A DNA stretch of 36,312 nucleotides from Fonticula alba ATCC 38817 (taxonomy: Eukaryota > Protista > Nucleariida), in the NCBI GenBank assembly GCA_000388065.2, contig KB932201.1. One strand, 5' to 3'. Both the position numbers and the translations under genes were made by a program. Below the pieces are notes generated by a model. That model was not told where the DNA came from, did not search any database, and saw only the letters and a list, made by a program, of their open reading frames with translations. Below are positions 12,301 to 24,521 of the stretch, one piece after another (within the stretch, counting starts at the first letter, position 1; the number at the start of each line of letters is the position of its first letter).

Positions 12301-15300
12301 GGCGGGCCAATGACACGCGATGCTTCGCCAAGCCCCTCCGTCGCGTCGGAAAAGAGCCCCTCAGCCGCGAGTCCCGGTGGTGGCAGCACCGCCGGCGAGG
12401 CCGAGGGGCTGGGCTCCGACCGGTCCTTCTCGCGGGCACCCAATTCGCCGACCTCCTTCTCGGACAAGTCGCTCTTTAATTTGAGCTACTTCGCCTCGAG
12501 CCGCGAGTCACTTGGGCACACGGTTGGGAGTCCCTCCGGGGGGGACTTCCACCCCGGTGATCCGGCCGCCGGGCCAGCGGCATCCAGCGGCACTGGCACT
12601 GACTGTCGTGACCGGGGTGGAGTGTATGTCGTCCTGCATGGGCGTCTTCGGTCCCTCCAGCGTAATGCCATGGATGAGTTGATTGTGTGCGTCTCCACTC
12701 GATGGCGGTCTGTGTCTTATCCCAGCGGGACATGCGTTCTCTCTGTTTGTCTCCCTGTCTCTCCTCTCTGTCTCTGTTTGTTTCTATGTCTCTCCTCTCT
12801 CTCTCTGTTTGTTTCCATGTCTCTCCTCCCCCCCTTTCCCTCTCTCCATGTCCCTCCTCTCTCTGTTTGTCTCCATGTCCATCCCCCCCCCTCTCTCTCT
12901 CCCCCCCTCTCTCTCTCCCCTTCCCTCTCTGCTGACCGTTCACCATTTTACTTTCCTGTCCTCCTCTCTGCTTGTGTGTGTGTGTGTGACATGTAGCAAT
13001 GCGGAGTTTGGCCAGGGTGACGCGGTCGGCGACATTGAGCTACTCACCGCCTCGGCCTACACCTCGACCGTGCATGCGGTTCGCGATTCGGAGCTGGCTC
13101 GAGTGCCGCGCAAACTCTTCGATGCTCTCATCCGGCATGTCCCCCAAGTGACGATCCACATTTCGCGGGTGATCGCCTCCAAGTCCAAGGAGGCCTGGCT
13201 GAACAGCCTCTCGGCGGATGCCACTCCAAAGGTCATTGCCTCGCGTTCGCGGATGAAGAATGTCAAAACCATTGCCGTGATCCCCTCCAACCGCGATGTC
13301 CCAATCGACCAGTTCATCGATCAGTTTTCGGCGGCCCTGTCCAACATCGGGGCAACTCTGGTCCTGGACAGCACCAGTGTCCTGAGGGCCCTCAAATCCA
13401 ATGGTATGTTGAGAAGGAGGATTATCCCCCCCCCCCCCCCCACCCCCTCCTTTGTTTCTCCCTCGGCCCTTCGCAGCAACTTCCAGATGTGTCCTTTGTG
13501 CGGCTTCCGCCTTTTGGGTCTGCTGACAATTCGCCCCCCTCTGGCCTTTTGTTTTGGTTGTACTCCCTGGAAGCCTTCGAGCGTGTTGGGCACTTGCGTT
13601 TGCTTTCTTGGCTGGAAGAGCAGGAGGCCAAGCACACGACCATTCTCTTCAAGGTTGACCAATGGCAATCTCCCTGGATGACATTGAGCGCCCGGCAGGC
13701 AGACTTGATCCTGGTGGTTGCACAGGGCTCCAATGCACATGGGGACATGACCGACATCAATCCGGCCCCGGGGATCTTCGAGCGGGTGCTGGAAACGCGC
13801 CTGAAGCCGCGCGCTCGGCGAGAGTTGGTCCTGCTGCATCCCGATCGGTGTGTTTGCCTGGGCACCTGCTTCTTCTTTTCTCTTTGCCTCCCCCCCCCCC
13901 GCCCCCCCCTCCGGCGCGGCATCTTGGTGGCTGACCTGCGTTTCCCTCCCTCCCCCCCCCCCTCTCTCTCTCTCTCCCGTCCTTCGGTGACGAAAGTTCC
14001 ATCCAATCCGGCAGCACGGCTCCCTTCCTGGATGCTCGGCCCTGGATCCAATTCCATCACCATGTACGCGCACATTGCAACAGCTTGACCTTTCGCCCGG
14101 CGCTTTGTCCTTCTTGCACCGGTCTCCCCTCTGCTCACTGGCTCCCTGCGCACCGCCAGATCCTTCTCTGCCCTCGAAAGGTCCTCTACTCGACAACTCG
14201 GCTGTCCTCGGTTTCCTCGACCGATGACGATCCCTCCTTCCCGATCGGCAGCCCGAAGATGTCGCCTCTGGCGCCGATCGCCCGTGCGGCCAAGAAGACC
14301 TTCTCCTCGCTCATGCACAAAACCATGTCCCCGCTGTCGCTGTCGACATCGGCGCTGTTGGCTGCGCAGGCGCGCGACTTTGCCCGGCTGGCCCGACATG
14401 TGACCGGTACATCGGTGGGGCTGTCGCTCGGGGGCGGCGGCGCGCGTGGCCTGGCGCATCTCGGCGTCCTCCGAGCGCTGGAGCGTGACAACATCCCGGT
14501 GGACTTCGTGTCCGGGTCTTCGATGGGCGCCTTCATCGGGAGCCTCTATGCTAGCAACCTGAATCTGGTCGAGTCGCTGGCCCTGACGCGGAAGTTCTGC
14601 TCCCGTATGGCCTCGGTCTGGTACCAGTTGGCCGACCTGACATACCCCTTTGCGAGCTGGTTCTCCGGACGACAGTGCGTTTCGCAGCTCCTCCCCCTCC
14701 CCCCCTCCCCCCCTGGCCCTTATTGCGGGGGCCTTTGCCCACAGCCCGTCCGGTCCGCACACCTGTGCCTTTCCTTGGCTGACTCCCTCCGTCGCTGCTG
14801 CGGCTCGGCATGGCCCGGTCTGATATGCAGGTTCAACCGCGCCATCCAAAAGGTCCTCGGTGAGAAGCATGAAATCGAGGATCTCTGGCTGCCCTACTTC
14901 TGTGTGGCCACCAACATCACCAAGTCCCGGATGGAAATCTGCCAGCGCGGGTCCGTTTGGCGGTTTGTCCGCGCGTCCATGAGTCTCTCGGGCTATATGC
15001 CGCCCATTTGCGACACCAATGGCGACATGCTGCTTGATGGTGGCTACCTGAACAACCTGCCGGCCGATGTGATGCTCAGTACGCCGCCAGCCTCCTTAAC
15101 TCCGATGCCCCGATGGTCATGCGCCTCGCTTGCCGGCGACTTACCATTACCCGCTCGATGTGGCTCGCCCCTCGCTCCCTCCCCCTCGCTCCCCTGGTCA
15201 TTAGATCAATTCGGCATCAAGCGTGTAATCGCCGTGGATGTCGGTGCCGATGACGATACCAAGCCCATGGATTACGGCGACTCGCTGAATGGCTGGTGGC

Positions 15301-15562
15301 CACTGCTGTACTGGCTGGTGGGCTGGGAGTACCGAGCTCCCTCGCTTGCAGACATCCAATCCAAGCTGGCCTATGTCCAATGCGTCACGCAATTGGAGCG
15401 CGTGAAGCGCATGCCCGGCTGCTTCTACCTTCGGCCACCGGTGACCACGTTCCGGACGCTGGACTTTGACAAGGTCCAGCTCATTGTCAAGGCCGGTCGC
15501 GACTAGTGCGTTTGCCTCGGCCGCATTGCCTACCCTTGCCCTTCCCTTTTCCCTTGGGTCAA

Positions 15563-15602
<40 letters not shown>

Positions 15603-17261
15603 ACCCCCCCAACCCATGATCCGGCACCCTCCCCCCCCCCTCTCCTGGCGGTGTGTGGAATCCCNNNNNNNNNNNNNNNNNNNNNNNNNNNNNNNNNNNN
15701 NNNNNNNNNNNNNNNNNNNNNNNNNNNNNNNNNNNNNNNNNNNNNNNNNNNNNNNNNNNNNNNNNNNNNNNNNNNNNNNNNNNNNCAATCCCCCCCCCCC
15801 CCCCCCCCCCCCCCGCCATCGGTCCCTGGTCGTCACATCATGTGTGGCCTATCTGACACGTCAAGCCACGCCCCATCTCGGCCCCTTGTCTCTCTTCCGC
15901 TCTCCTCGCCTCCTGGCTGTGCGTCACCGCCGCACCTGGATAGTGGGCTTGAAATTGTTGAACGCTGGCGCTCCGAGGGCCACTTTGCGGAATTCCTGTC
16001 TGAACCCAGCGGCCATGTACATCCTGCATTGCACACCAGCCGTGCCGGCTCGGCGACCATCTTGTCTGGCGGCCGGCCTGGGCCGGAGAGCTTCCCCAAT
16101 AGCCCGTCCGAGTTGGGCACGCCACAGGCACACGCGAGCATCGCCCATCAGGCTCGCGGCCGGGCCAACGAGGGCCCACTGTCGGCGGCCGGCCGGGCCT
16201 CGCGACCGGATCTGACCCCCGGTCACTCGAATGCATCCTCCCTGTCGTTGGACTTTTCTCGGCCACCCGGTGGGCCTCGGCGGCCGGCGGCCGGGACCCC
16301 GGATCCGCTTCCCGGAACCGGCCGGCTCCGAGCCGGGGTCCTCCCCTTCGCCAACCGGCGGGTCTCCGTGTCCGGCTCACATGCGGATATGTCTCCCTCC
16401 TCCGGAGCAAAGGGGCCTCGCGGGTTGGTCGCGTCTCCCGGGTCGCCGATGGCCACGCTCGCGGCCACGGGGGGGCTTTTCGTTGGACGCACGCATGTGT
16501 CACTGCCTCCTTCGCCGCGCTTCGATCAGCGCGATGCTCCGGCCAGTGGGGCCGCGCGTGATGGGTCCCCTGCTTCCGAAGGAGTGACCCCCTCTTCCGG
16601 GACTCCGCCCGCGTTTGGGGCATCTGGCCAGCTTGTGGTACATGGCTCATCGGAAAAGGGCCATCCCGCTGGCTCGCTGGCTGATGGCGACACGCCGCGG
16701 GATCTCGAGGATGGGCTTGGCATGGGCCACGAGACCAGTGACCACGCCGGGTCCAGCGATGCCCATGGCCCGTGCGCAGCATCGCCAACCGAGTCGCCGG
16801 GCGGTGCCTCGGCGGCCACCGAGTCCGTGGCCGCCGACCTGGCGGCAATGCCGGCGGTCCATGCGGATGATCCCCCGGGTGACATTGCGACCGATGAGGA
16901 TGGCACGCAGACCGCCCAGGGCGACGACCTGACTGCCAGTTCCCCAGGGCCTGAGCAGGACATCCGCGGTGCCGAACCGGCCACGGGAGAGGCTGCCGAG
17001 GAGGAGTCTGTTGAGGCCGCGCTGCGCGAGGCCGCGGCCGATGCGGGTCTCGCGGCCCCGATCGCGACAGAGCCACCAGCCGCTGACCTGGCCGGCGACT
17101 CGACTGTCGATGCCCCGGCGGGCGGCGATGCGCCAGCCCCCGCGGAGGATGCCGACATCTCGATTGACTATGATTTTGCCTCCGGGCAGGACAACTCTGC
17201 CACCATCATGGCACATTACGGCGGCCGGCCGCAGATGATGCACCGGCGCAATTCCCTCTAG
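9335..17261 (+). CDS. NTE1/PNPLA6: Neuropathy target esterase / lysophospholipase NTE1-like: N-terminal TM, three cNMP-binding domains, patatin domain (14 exons: 9335-9877, 10111-10377, 10550-10654, 10753-11029, 11127-11473, 11608-11873, 11955-12686, 12997-13403, 13574-13847, 13997-14063, 14160-14674, 14831-15078, 15205-15505, 15944-17261; ~1888 aa)
   Basis: cNMP-domain segments MLQVIVTRFQRVT, LVRQIDFGLEWLHVEAGQVLY and STVHAVRDSELARVP. Patatin motifs GGGGARG, GSSMG (catalytic Ser) and LLDGGYLNNLPADV; also LADIQSKLAYV and YLRPPV. The exon sum of 5667 nt is divisible by 3. The exact acceptor of intron 8 (13574 preferred, with a CTGAC branch-like motif upstream) and the start codon are less certain. 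Confidence 0.92.
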
Positions 17262-17460
17262 AGTTGCACACTCCCGGGCTGGGACAATCGCCCGGTCTGT
17301 TCCCCCCCCCCCCTCCCTCTCAACGCGTCTGTCTGTGTGTGGGTGACTGTCACTGGGCGGTCGGAGTGCCTTCCGCCTGCATGTGCCGCTGCTGCTGAGT
17401 CAGGTGCATCTCCCAGCGCGTTCTTGTTCCTCCTGTCCCGCTGGTTGTGTCGATGTGCTC

Positions 17461-17493
<33 letters not shown>

Positions 17494-18795
17494 TGTCTGT
17501 GCCTTTGCACAATAAAGCTACCCCGTGAAGGATGGATCAAGCAGGCGGCGATCGAGTTAATGCTTAACCGCAAGCGCGCCGCATGACTATGCGCATGATC
17601 TTGCGACCTGACTCGTGGCGAGCCATGGCCCTGGGACATCTGGCGCCCCTGCCGTCCGGTGGCAGATGTGCCTTGAGGCTGGCGCATCCCCGTTGGCTCT
17701 AGGTGTCTTTTGGCGAGGGGGGGCGGACCTCCGACAAGGCGCGCACATGCGGCGCGCGCGTCCTTCTTTTGGGGGAAACTATGGCAGCGGGGCGCAGACT
17801 CACGCCGGGGCGCGGGTCAGCCTTACTGGGGTGCGACAGCAGGCGCCCCGGGGGGAGGGGGGCGGCGGGGGCCGAGGGCGGAGAATGGCGAGCGTGTGCC
17901 CTTGTCGGGGGTGATTTATTCACCGGGAACGCCTCGGGAAAAACAGACACCTGGGTGTGCTGCTACGCGGGATTATCCCCGGGAACGGGTGGGCAGATCC
18001 CCGACCTGGGGGGGGGGGGGGGGGGGGGGGGACCCCCGGCGCGGAGGCGACGCGCACACGCACACGCGCCCGCAGACGCCCTCACAACCCACCCTCTCTG
18101 GTAGACATGCTGGCGGCCGCCCGGCGTCGGGGGTGGAGGAGGCCGGGGGCCCGCTCTCGACGGGAAACCGGTGTGCACGGGTCATGGGTGCGGTGTTTGT
18201 CGGCGTCTGACCAGCCTACTGGCGCCCTGAGCACCCATCCCAGTTGGCTGACCGCCGGGAGGGCAAGCCAACCCAAGCAGCCCCACGTGTGTGTCGGCTC
18301 AGATTCGTTCTGTGCCCCCCCCCCCCCCCCCGCCCCGCCCCCCAGCCAGCCTTGCTTTCTTGTGGCGTATGCTTGGATATGCGGCGGGCTCGCCGCCCTT
18401 GGTACTTCACTCGGCGGGGCGCCTGGGATATGCTCATTTCAATGCATGCATGGCAGCCCTTTCCATCCGGTGCCGTGGGGAAAGCGCCCGGAGCTGGGGG
18501 GGGCCACGGCGTTGCGATCGGCGACGCTGCGCATGCCCATGGGGAGGTGGGGCCTGCCCACACCGCCCAATAATGGGGCATGGTTCACTGCCACTGTTCG
18601 GACAATTTTCCGCCCGCACCCTGTCCAGCCGGTGGCTCTCGCCATCAACGCGGGGGACCCCAGCCCCGGCTGATCTAGCACAGGGCGAGGCCCGGAACTC
18701 GGCCAGCCGCGAGGGCATTTTCAGGAGGCTCGCCTCCGGTCGCCCGGTGTAACGCCGGTGCTTGGCAGAGAACACCTCACATGTACATCCACCGC

Positions 18796-18870
18796 CTCGC
18801 CGCCTCGCCCCTCGCCGCCTCGCCCCTCGCCGCCTCGCCCCTCGCCGCCTCGCCCCTCGCCGCCTCGCCC
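18796..18870 (+). repeat. 15-nt minisatellite (CTCGCCGCCTCGCCC) x5
   Basis: Five perfect head-to-tail copies with no spacers. Confidence 0.95.
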
Positions 18871-20173
18871 CCCTCCCGCCTCCTCTCGTTCCCCCACGCG
18901 TCTCCTCCTCAGCGCCTCGATCGGTCAATCCGCGACCAATCCGCGACCTGTCTCCTCTGCCAGATCGCGTCTTGTCCTCCCACCGGCCTCCCTCCACGGC
19001 TCTGACACTCCAACGCCCTTGTCCGTTGTCCCTGCTACGTGATCAGCTTCTCCGTCTGCAGTGGCTATCTGCCTCTGTTACTGCTCTACTGCTCTGCTGC
19101 TGTCCTTGCAGACTCCCAAGATCAGGTGCGTGTCCTCCTTCGCCTTCGCCTTCCCTCCACCACCGTCCTTTTCCTTCATCCAAGGCCCCCTCCCCCCGGC
19201 CGCGGTAGGTGGAGCTGTGTGCATACGCACTGGTCCCGGATGTGCCAGAGTCAGGAGAAGGTGGAGTGCTTGGGTGGAGACACTACCGGCTCTGGTCGGT
19301 CCCCCTCCTCCTCACGGAAAGGGGACCTTGCCGGCCACCTCGGACCATGTATGCTTGCTGGCGGTCGTGCCTCTTTCCCTTGCTCTCTCCCTCTCTTCCA
19401 GTCTCTCTCCGCTCCGATGCTGCCCACATTGTCGAGGCCGAAAGCCGTGGCACACGCTCGTTCGGCTGTGACCGGGGCAGATCACATGACCCGCGATCTG
19501 GACTAGAACCCACACTCCGAGCCCCCAGCACCACTGCCATGGGCCGCGCGGATGCGGGGGCCGTATTTCCCGAGCCCCCCCCCGCCCCCGCCCCACACCC
19601 CTCTCGACTGGCTGGAGCACTAGTGAGTGTGTGTGTGTGTCTCCGTGCGGGGGGTCGCGCACTATACCCCAGGGGGGGGGGGTTCGGTGGACCAGTGTCC
19701 TGACTCGCAAGTCATCACATCTAGGGCCGATCAGCCCCTGCTCGCGCAAGATCGCCCCCCCGTTCTCCCGTTCTCCCGTCCATGTAGCGTCGTGCATTCT
19801 TATGTGTGATCTCCCACTAACGCCCCCGCTCCCTCCCTCCTCGCTCCCAACCCGTCGTTCCCGCCCCTCGGCCTGTGCCCGCGGGACATTCCATCTGCCC
19901 CCGGTCTGTGTGCCTTTCCGCAGTCACCTCTCCCTCGCAATGTGTGCGTGTGTGACCCTGCCCCTGTTCTCCCCCCTCCTTTCTGCTCGCAGCTTCAGGC
20001 CCTCTCCTTCCCCTTCTCCGGATGGGGAGGGGGGGGGGGCATTCATCGGGCTCGATGGCAACTCGCACCACCCCCCCCAGTGTCACGCACTTCCTTTCTC
20101 CCCCTGACAGACAACCCGCTCCTCTCATCGCTTGCTCTCTCTCTCTCTCCCTGCTGCTGGCAATCACCATAAC

Positions 20174-20677
20174 ATGCTCCGCTTTCGCGCTGTCGCCTCA
20201 GCTGCTCGCTCCTTCTTCTCCGCCATCCCTGCGGCCCCCGCGGACCCGGTGTTCGGCATTGCGCTGGCCTACAAGAATGACCCGGTCCCGGAGGCCCAGA
20301 AGGTCAACCTGGTGGTCGGCGCCTATCGTGACAGCGCCGGGCTGCCGGTGGTCCTGCCCTCGGTCGAGCGTGCGGCCCGCCTGCTCTCCGAGAGTGAGAC
20401 CTCCTCGGATGGCCACCACGAGTATCTGCCGATCGATGGGCTTCCGGCCTTCCGCCAGGGCGCTGCCCAGGTGATGTTCGGCGACGAGTGCATGTCCCTG
20501 CTGGCCGGGCGTGTATGTGCTTTCTCCTCTTGCTCGCTCCTGCGCCGCCTTTGCTCTTCTTTTTTTCCTCCCTTCCCCTGTCATCATCATTAACATTGGC
20601 CCTTCTCCCGGGTGTTGTTGCTGCTACTGCTGCTACTGCTGCTACTGCTGCTGCTGCTGCTACTGCTGCTGCTGCTG

Positions 20678-20713
<36 letters not shown>

Positions 20714-21521
20714 GCCCCCTCTGTCTCGGGGCCCATGGGCTTCCAGCTCTACACCACCCAAGCCATCTCCGGCACCGGCGCCCTGCGGGTGTGCCTGGAC
20801 TTTGTCCGGCGCCATCTCGGCGAGCGCACCGTCTACTACCCCCAGCAGACGTGGCCCATTCACCCGAATGTTTGCGCCGAGGCCGGGCTCCCGGCCAAGG
20901 CGTACCGGTATCTGGCCACCACCGGTGGCACCGTGCGTCTCGATGCGGAGGCCATGCTGGCCGATCTGACCGCCGCCCCCGAGGGGTCGGTCATCTTGCT
21001 TCACGTGTGCGCGCACAACCCCACCGGCGTGGATCCCACGCCGGCCGAGTGGGAGCGCATCGCGGATGTCATCGCCGAGCGGCGGCTGCTGCCCTTCTTC
21101 GACAGTGCTTACCAGGGCTTCGCCACTGGCGACCTGGCGCGTGATGCTCACGCGGTGCGGGCCTTCGCCCGGCGCGGGCTCGAAATGTTCGTGGCCCAGT
21201 CCTTCGCCAAGAACATGGGTCTCTATGGTGAGCGTGTTGGCGCCTTGCATGTGGTCTCCAACGATCCGACCGGCCTGGACCACATGGGGCAGCAGCTCCG
21301 TCGGGCCATCCGCTCGTCCTACTCCAACCCCCCGGCCTATGGGGCGCGCCTGGCGGCGGCCATTTTCCAGGACCCGGCGCTGTTTGCCCAGTGGTACGCA
21401 CGCGCATGGACATGTGCTCTTTTCCTTCCTCCCCCCTCCCCCGGGGGAGGCATCCTCCGGGCGCTGGCGTGCGCTCACTTGGCCACAAGCTGACCTTCGT
21501 TTGTCATGGTGTCTCCCCTCC

Positions 21522-21564
<43 letters not shown>

Positions 21565-22159
21565 GGATGCCACGTAAACCCCCCACAGGGACGAGGACAT
21601 CAAGCTCATGTCTGGCCGGATTGCCGGCCTGCGGCAGTCTCTGCGCAGCGCCCTCGAGGCCCGCCAGACCCCTGGTGATTGGTCGGTCATCACCTCGCAG
21701 ATTGGCATGTTTGCCTATCTCGGTCTGTCTGGTGCGTCCTCTTTTTGGCCCGCAGAGGGGGGGGGGGGNNNNNNNNNNNNNNNNNNNNNNNNNNNNNNNN
21801 NTTTTTTCTTTTTCCTTCCTCCTTTTTTTCGCCTTCTCCCCTGGCTCCCCCCCCCCCCCCCCCCCCCCCCCCCTCATCTGCAGGCACCATTGGATGGGCG
21901 AAAGCAGATCACCTGGTCCCGGCTTACTGACGGCCTCTCTCCTTCTCCCGCCCTTGGGCATGGTCCACCGCTTCCTGTGATGGTACACGCATGTGGGTAT
22001 ACAGATGCCCAGTGTGAGGTCATGATGAGCAAGCACCACGTCTACATGGCCAAGAACGGTCGCATCAGTGTGCCGGGCCTGAACGAGACCAACATCGCCC
22101 AGGTGGCCGACGCCATCCACGATGTGGTCACCGCTGCCAGCACTCGCGCCGCTCTCTGA
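20174..22159 (+). CDS. GOT2: Aspartate aminotransferase, probably mitochondrial (exons 20174-20512, 20747-21393, 21589-21731, 22005-22159; 427 aa)
   Basis: KVNLVVGAYRD, EYLPIDGL, QAISGTGALR, HVCAHNPTGVDPT, FDSAYQGFA, PLP-lysine motif SFAKNMGLYGERVG, YSNPP, QIGMF, GRISV. The N-terminus MLRFRAVASAARS is Arg-rich with no acidic residues, like a mitochondrial presequence. Confidence 0.95.
20621..20710 (+). repeat. Interrupted trinucleotide microsatellite (CTG/CTA)30 in aspartate aminotransferase intron 1
   Basis: Read directly from the sequence; it produces the spurious poly-Leu ORF at 20612. Confidence 0.95.
21522..21563 (+). repeat. (CCG)14 microsatellite in aspartate aminotransferase intron 2
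   Basis: Read directly from the sequence. Confidence 0.93.
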
Positions 22160-23112
22160 AGCACCGAGAGCCCCCTCCCCCTCCCCCCAGGGAGCCGTGT
22201 ATGTGTGGTAGCGTCGTGCTGACGGCAGGTGGCCCGCGCCCGGCATGCACAGCATGCCAGGCAGATTTTTCACAGCCAGCATCTCCCTCCTCCAAACAGG
22301 AGAATGACAGTCCGGTGTCCCGCCATCATATCATACCTAGACAGACACACGCCGGCCCTTCCGCCCTCATCTCCCTGGGCTCCCCTGCCTCCCTTGAATG
22401 CCCGGGCCTCCCTGCCTTTTACCTCATACTCCTCCTCCTCCTCCTCGCCCCCCTCCCTGTCCTTGATTTCCCGATGGTGAGAGACGGAAGGGAAGGCCGC
22501 TGCCATTCTCTGGGCGCGATCTCCCCTCAGACACGAATATACATAATTACACCTAAATGCATCCCAAGAAATGCACATCCCATCGTCGAGAGGGGGCCAC
22601 CACCATGTGCATCGCAAAGGGATTCATTTGCACTGGGCCTCCTCTTCCCGGGCCTGTGGCCCCAGCCAGATCGCGGCACTTTCTGCCCGGCGTCCAGATT
22701 ACATTTGCCCGCACCGCGGAATCCCTCGTCCAATTCTTGATAGACCCGGCTGGCGACACGGGGAAGATCGGGCACACCAGGGGGTGGGGGTGGGGGGAGC
22801 TTGTCAATCGGTGTCAGCACGAGGCGACCGCTCGCCAGTCACGGGAGGTGCCGCGGCGCGCAGGTCCAGTGAGCACCGAGCCGATGTCCGCCTGCTCCCG
22901 GGGTGGGTTGGCATGTGTACGTATTTTGCCAGGCAGTGCGCGAAGGGCGATCCCCGAGGCGTCAGAGTCGGGAAGCTCCTCATGTATTGGGTGTGCGTCT
23001 GGAGAGAGAGAGAGAGATAGATAGAGACAGAGAGAGAGGCGCATGTCGCGGCCCGCATAGCCGGCGAAGCGCAGGGAGCGGGGGCAAGAGGCGAGAGCCA
23101 GGCAGTGTCCCC

Positions 23113-24366
23113 TTACAAGAGCTGGATCGGGTCCCGGTCGACCTGGCTCACCACAACCGACACCTGGTCGCTCTGGAGCTTCTCCTATTTTCGACCGAGC
23201 CGGTGGTACCCAGCAGTCGGGGAGACAGGTGTGTCAGTGGACGGGCCATTGTTATCGCAGGCGGTTTCAGAGCGGCAGGAGGAGGGGGAGGTGAGCAGAA
23301 GAAGGACGAGGGAGACAAATAGGGAGAGAGATAGAGAGAGAGACGCACCTTCAGCAGCGGCTGCATCACGTCGGTCAGATAGCCGCGCTCGGAGTTGGAG
23401 TGCTCACAGAGGAGGACACTGACACCGCGAGCCGCGGCGCTGAGGGCCTCATGGTGGCCCATCTCGCCGGTGAGCCAGCCGTCAACACCGGGGCCGGCCG
23501 CGGCCAGCACCGAAGCGCCAGAGCCGGCACAGATGGCCAGCTGGCTGACGGTCTGCTGGCCAGCCGCGACCGGGGTCGCCTGGTCCGGAAGGACACAACG
23601 CACTGTTGGCGGCACGAGGTCAGCAAATGGGGGGGGGGGGGGGGCACGCGGCTGGCAAGGGAAAGCAGGCTCGGGGGAAAAGCAGGGACAGGGGACTTAC
23701 GGTACTCCAGCTTCAGGCCCGCCTTCAGGGCGTCGGCGATGGAGGACAGGGCAACCGGCTCGGCGAAGGTGACAATGCGGCCCTCGCCGGCGTTCGGCTG
23801 GCCGGCCTCCAGGGCGGCGGCCGCCGCGGCACCGGTGAACTGGCTGATCGGGCGAACGGAGGTGGGCTGGCTCGAGGCGCGGCCGACGATGGAGGCCAGC
23901 CAGTCGTTGACTGGATGGGGAGGAAGAGTGGCCAAAGGGGCCAGATGGTCAGTGGGAGGCAAGGTGCACAGGTGCGATGGGATAGAGAGGGAGATCGACG
24001 CACTGCCACCCTCGCAGCTGTCCCACGCGGTGTGCGGGCAGTAGACGCTGATGCCGAGAGCCGCACAGGTCAGGGCGATGCGCTGGCGGTCATCCTGCGT
24101 GGTCAGCCGGCGAGTCTTGCCGAAGAGAGCCGGGTGGTAGGCGACGATGACGCTGGCCCCGAGGGCGGCGGCCTCGCGGACCACCGGCAGCGTCAGGTCA
24201 TTAGTCAGGAGGATGCACTCGTGGGTGGCGTTGGCGGAGACCGGGCGCGGGGGGAGGAAGTCCAAGGTCTCATGGGGGGCCTCGATGATGAGGCCGACAT
24301 TGTCCCAGGACCCGGCGAAGGCCAGCGGCGCGTGGCGCTCCAGAATGGAGACAACGCTGGGTGCGT

Positions 24367-24436
<70 letters not shown>

Positions 24437-24521
24437 AGCTGCGGCACAGGGGGATGGAAGAGAGAGGCTGGAGGCGCAAAGCGCACCGCTTAAGGAGGGA
24501 AGGCTTGGCAAGAGTAGACAT
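23113..24521 (-). CDS. NIF3: NIF3-like protein / GTP cyclohydrolase 1 type 2 homologue (exons 24521-24487, 24356-24004, 23910-23701, 23602-23349, 23184-23113; 307 aa)
   Basis: MSTLAKPSLLKR-VVSILERHAPLAFAGSWDNVGL, LLTNDLT, AYHP, CPHTAWD, INDWL, AICAGSG, TGEMGHHE, EHSNSERGYL and C-terminal SQVDRDPI match NIF3L1/Nif3. The four GT-AG introns preserve frame (924 nt total). Confidence 0.94.
24368..24435 (+). repeat. (GT)34 microsatellite in NIF3 intron 1 (AC on the sense strand)
   Basis: Read directly from the sequence. Confidence 0.93.

Noticed and set aside
15504-15506. Apparent TAG stop truncating NTE after KAGRD (possible pseudogene or short form)
   Set aside because: The G is the first base of a GTGCGT donor. 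Splicing TA to T at 15944 gives GRDYGLEIVERW, which continues the NTE homology.
18796-18870. 15-nt repeat as a CRISPR array or a repeat protein (LAASP x5)
   Set aside because: The units are contiguous with no spacers, there are no cas genes, the context is eukaryotic, and the 74-aa ORF has no other support.
20612-20746. Poly-Leu N-terminus on the aminotransferase ORF, suggesting a membrane anchor
   Set aside because: It is a CTG/CTA microsatellite inside intron 1. The homologous N-terminus is encoded by exon 1 at 20174-20512.
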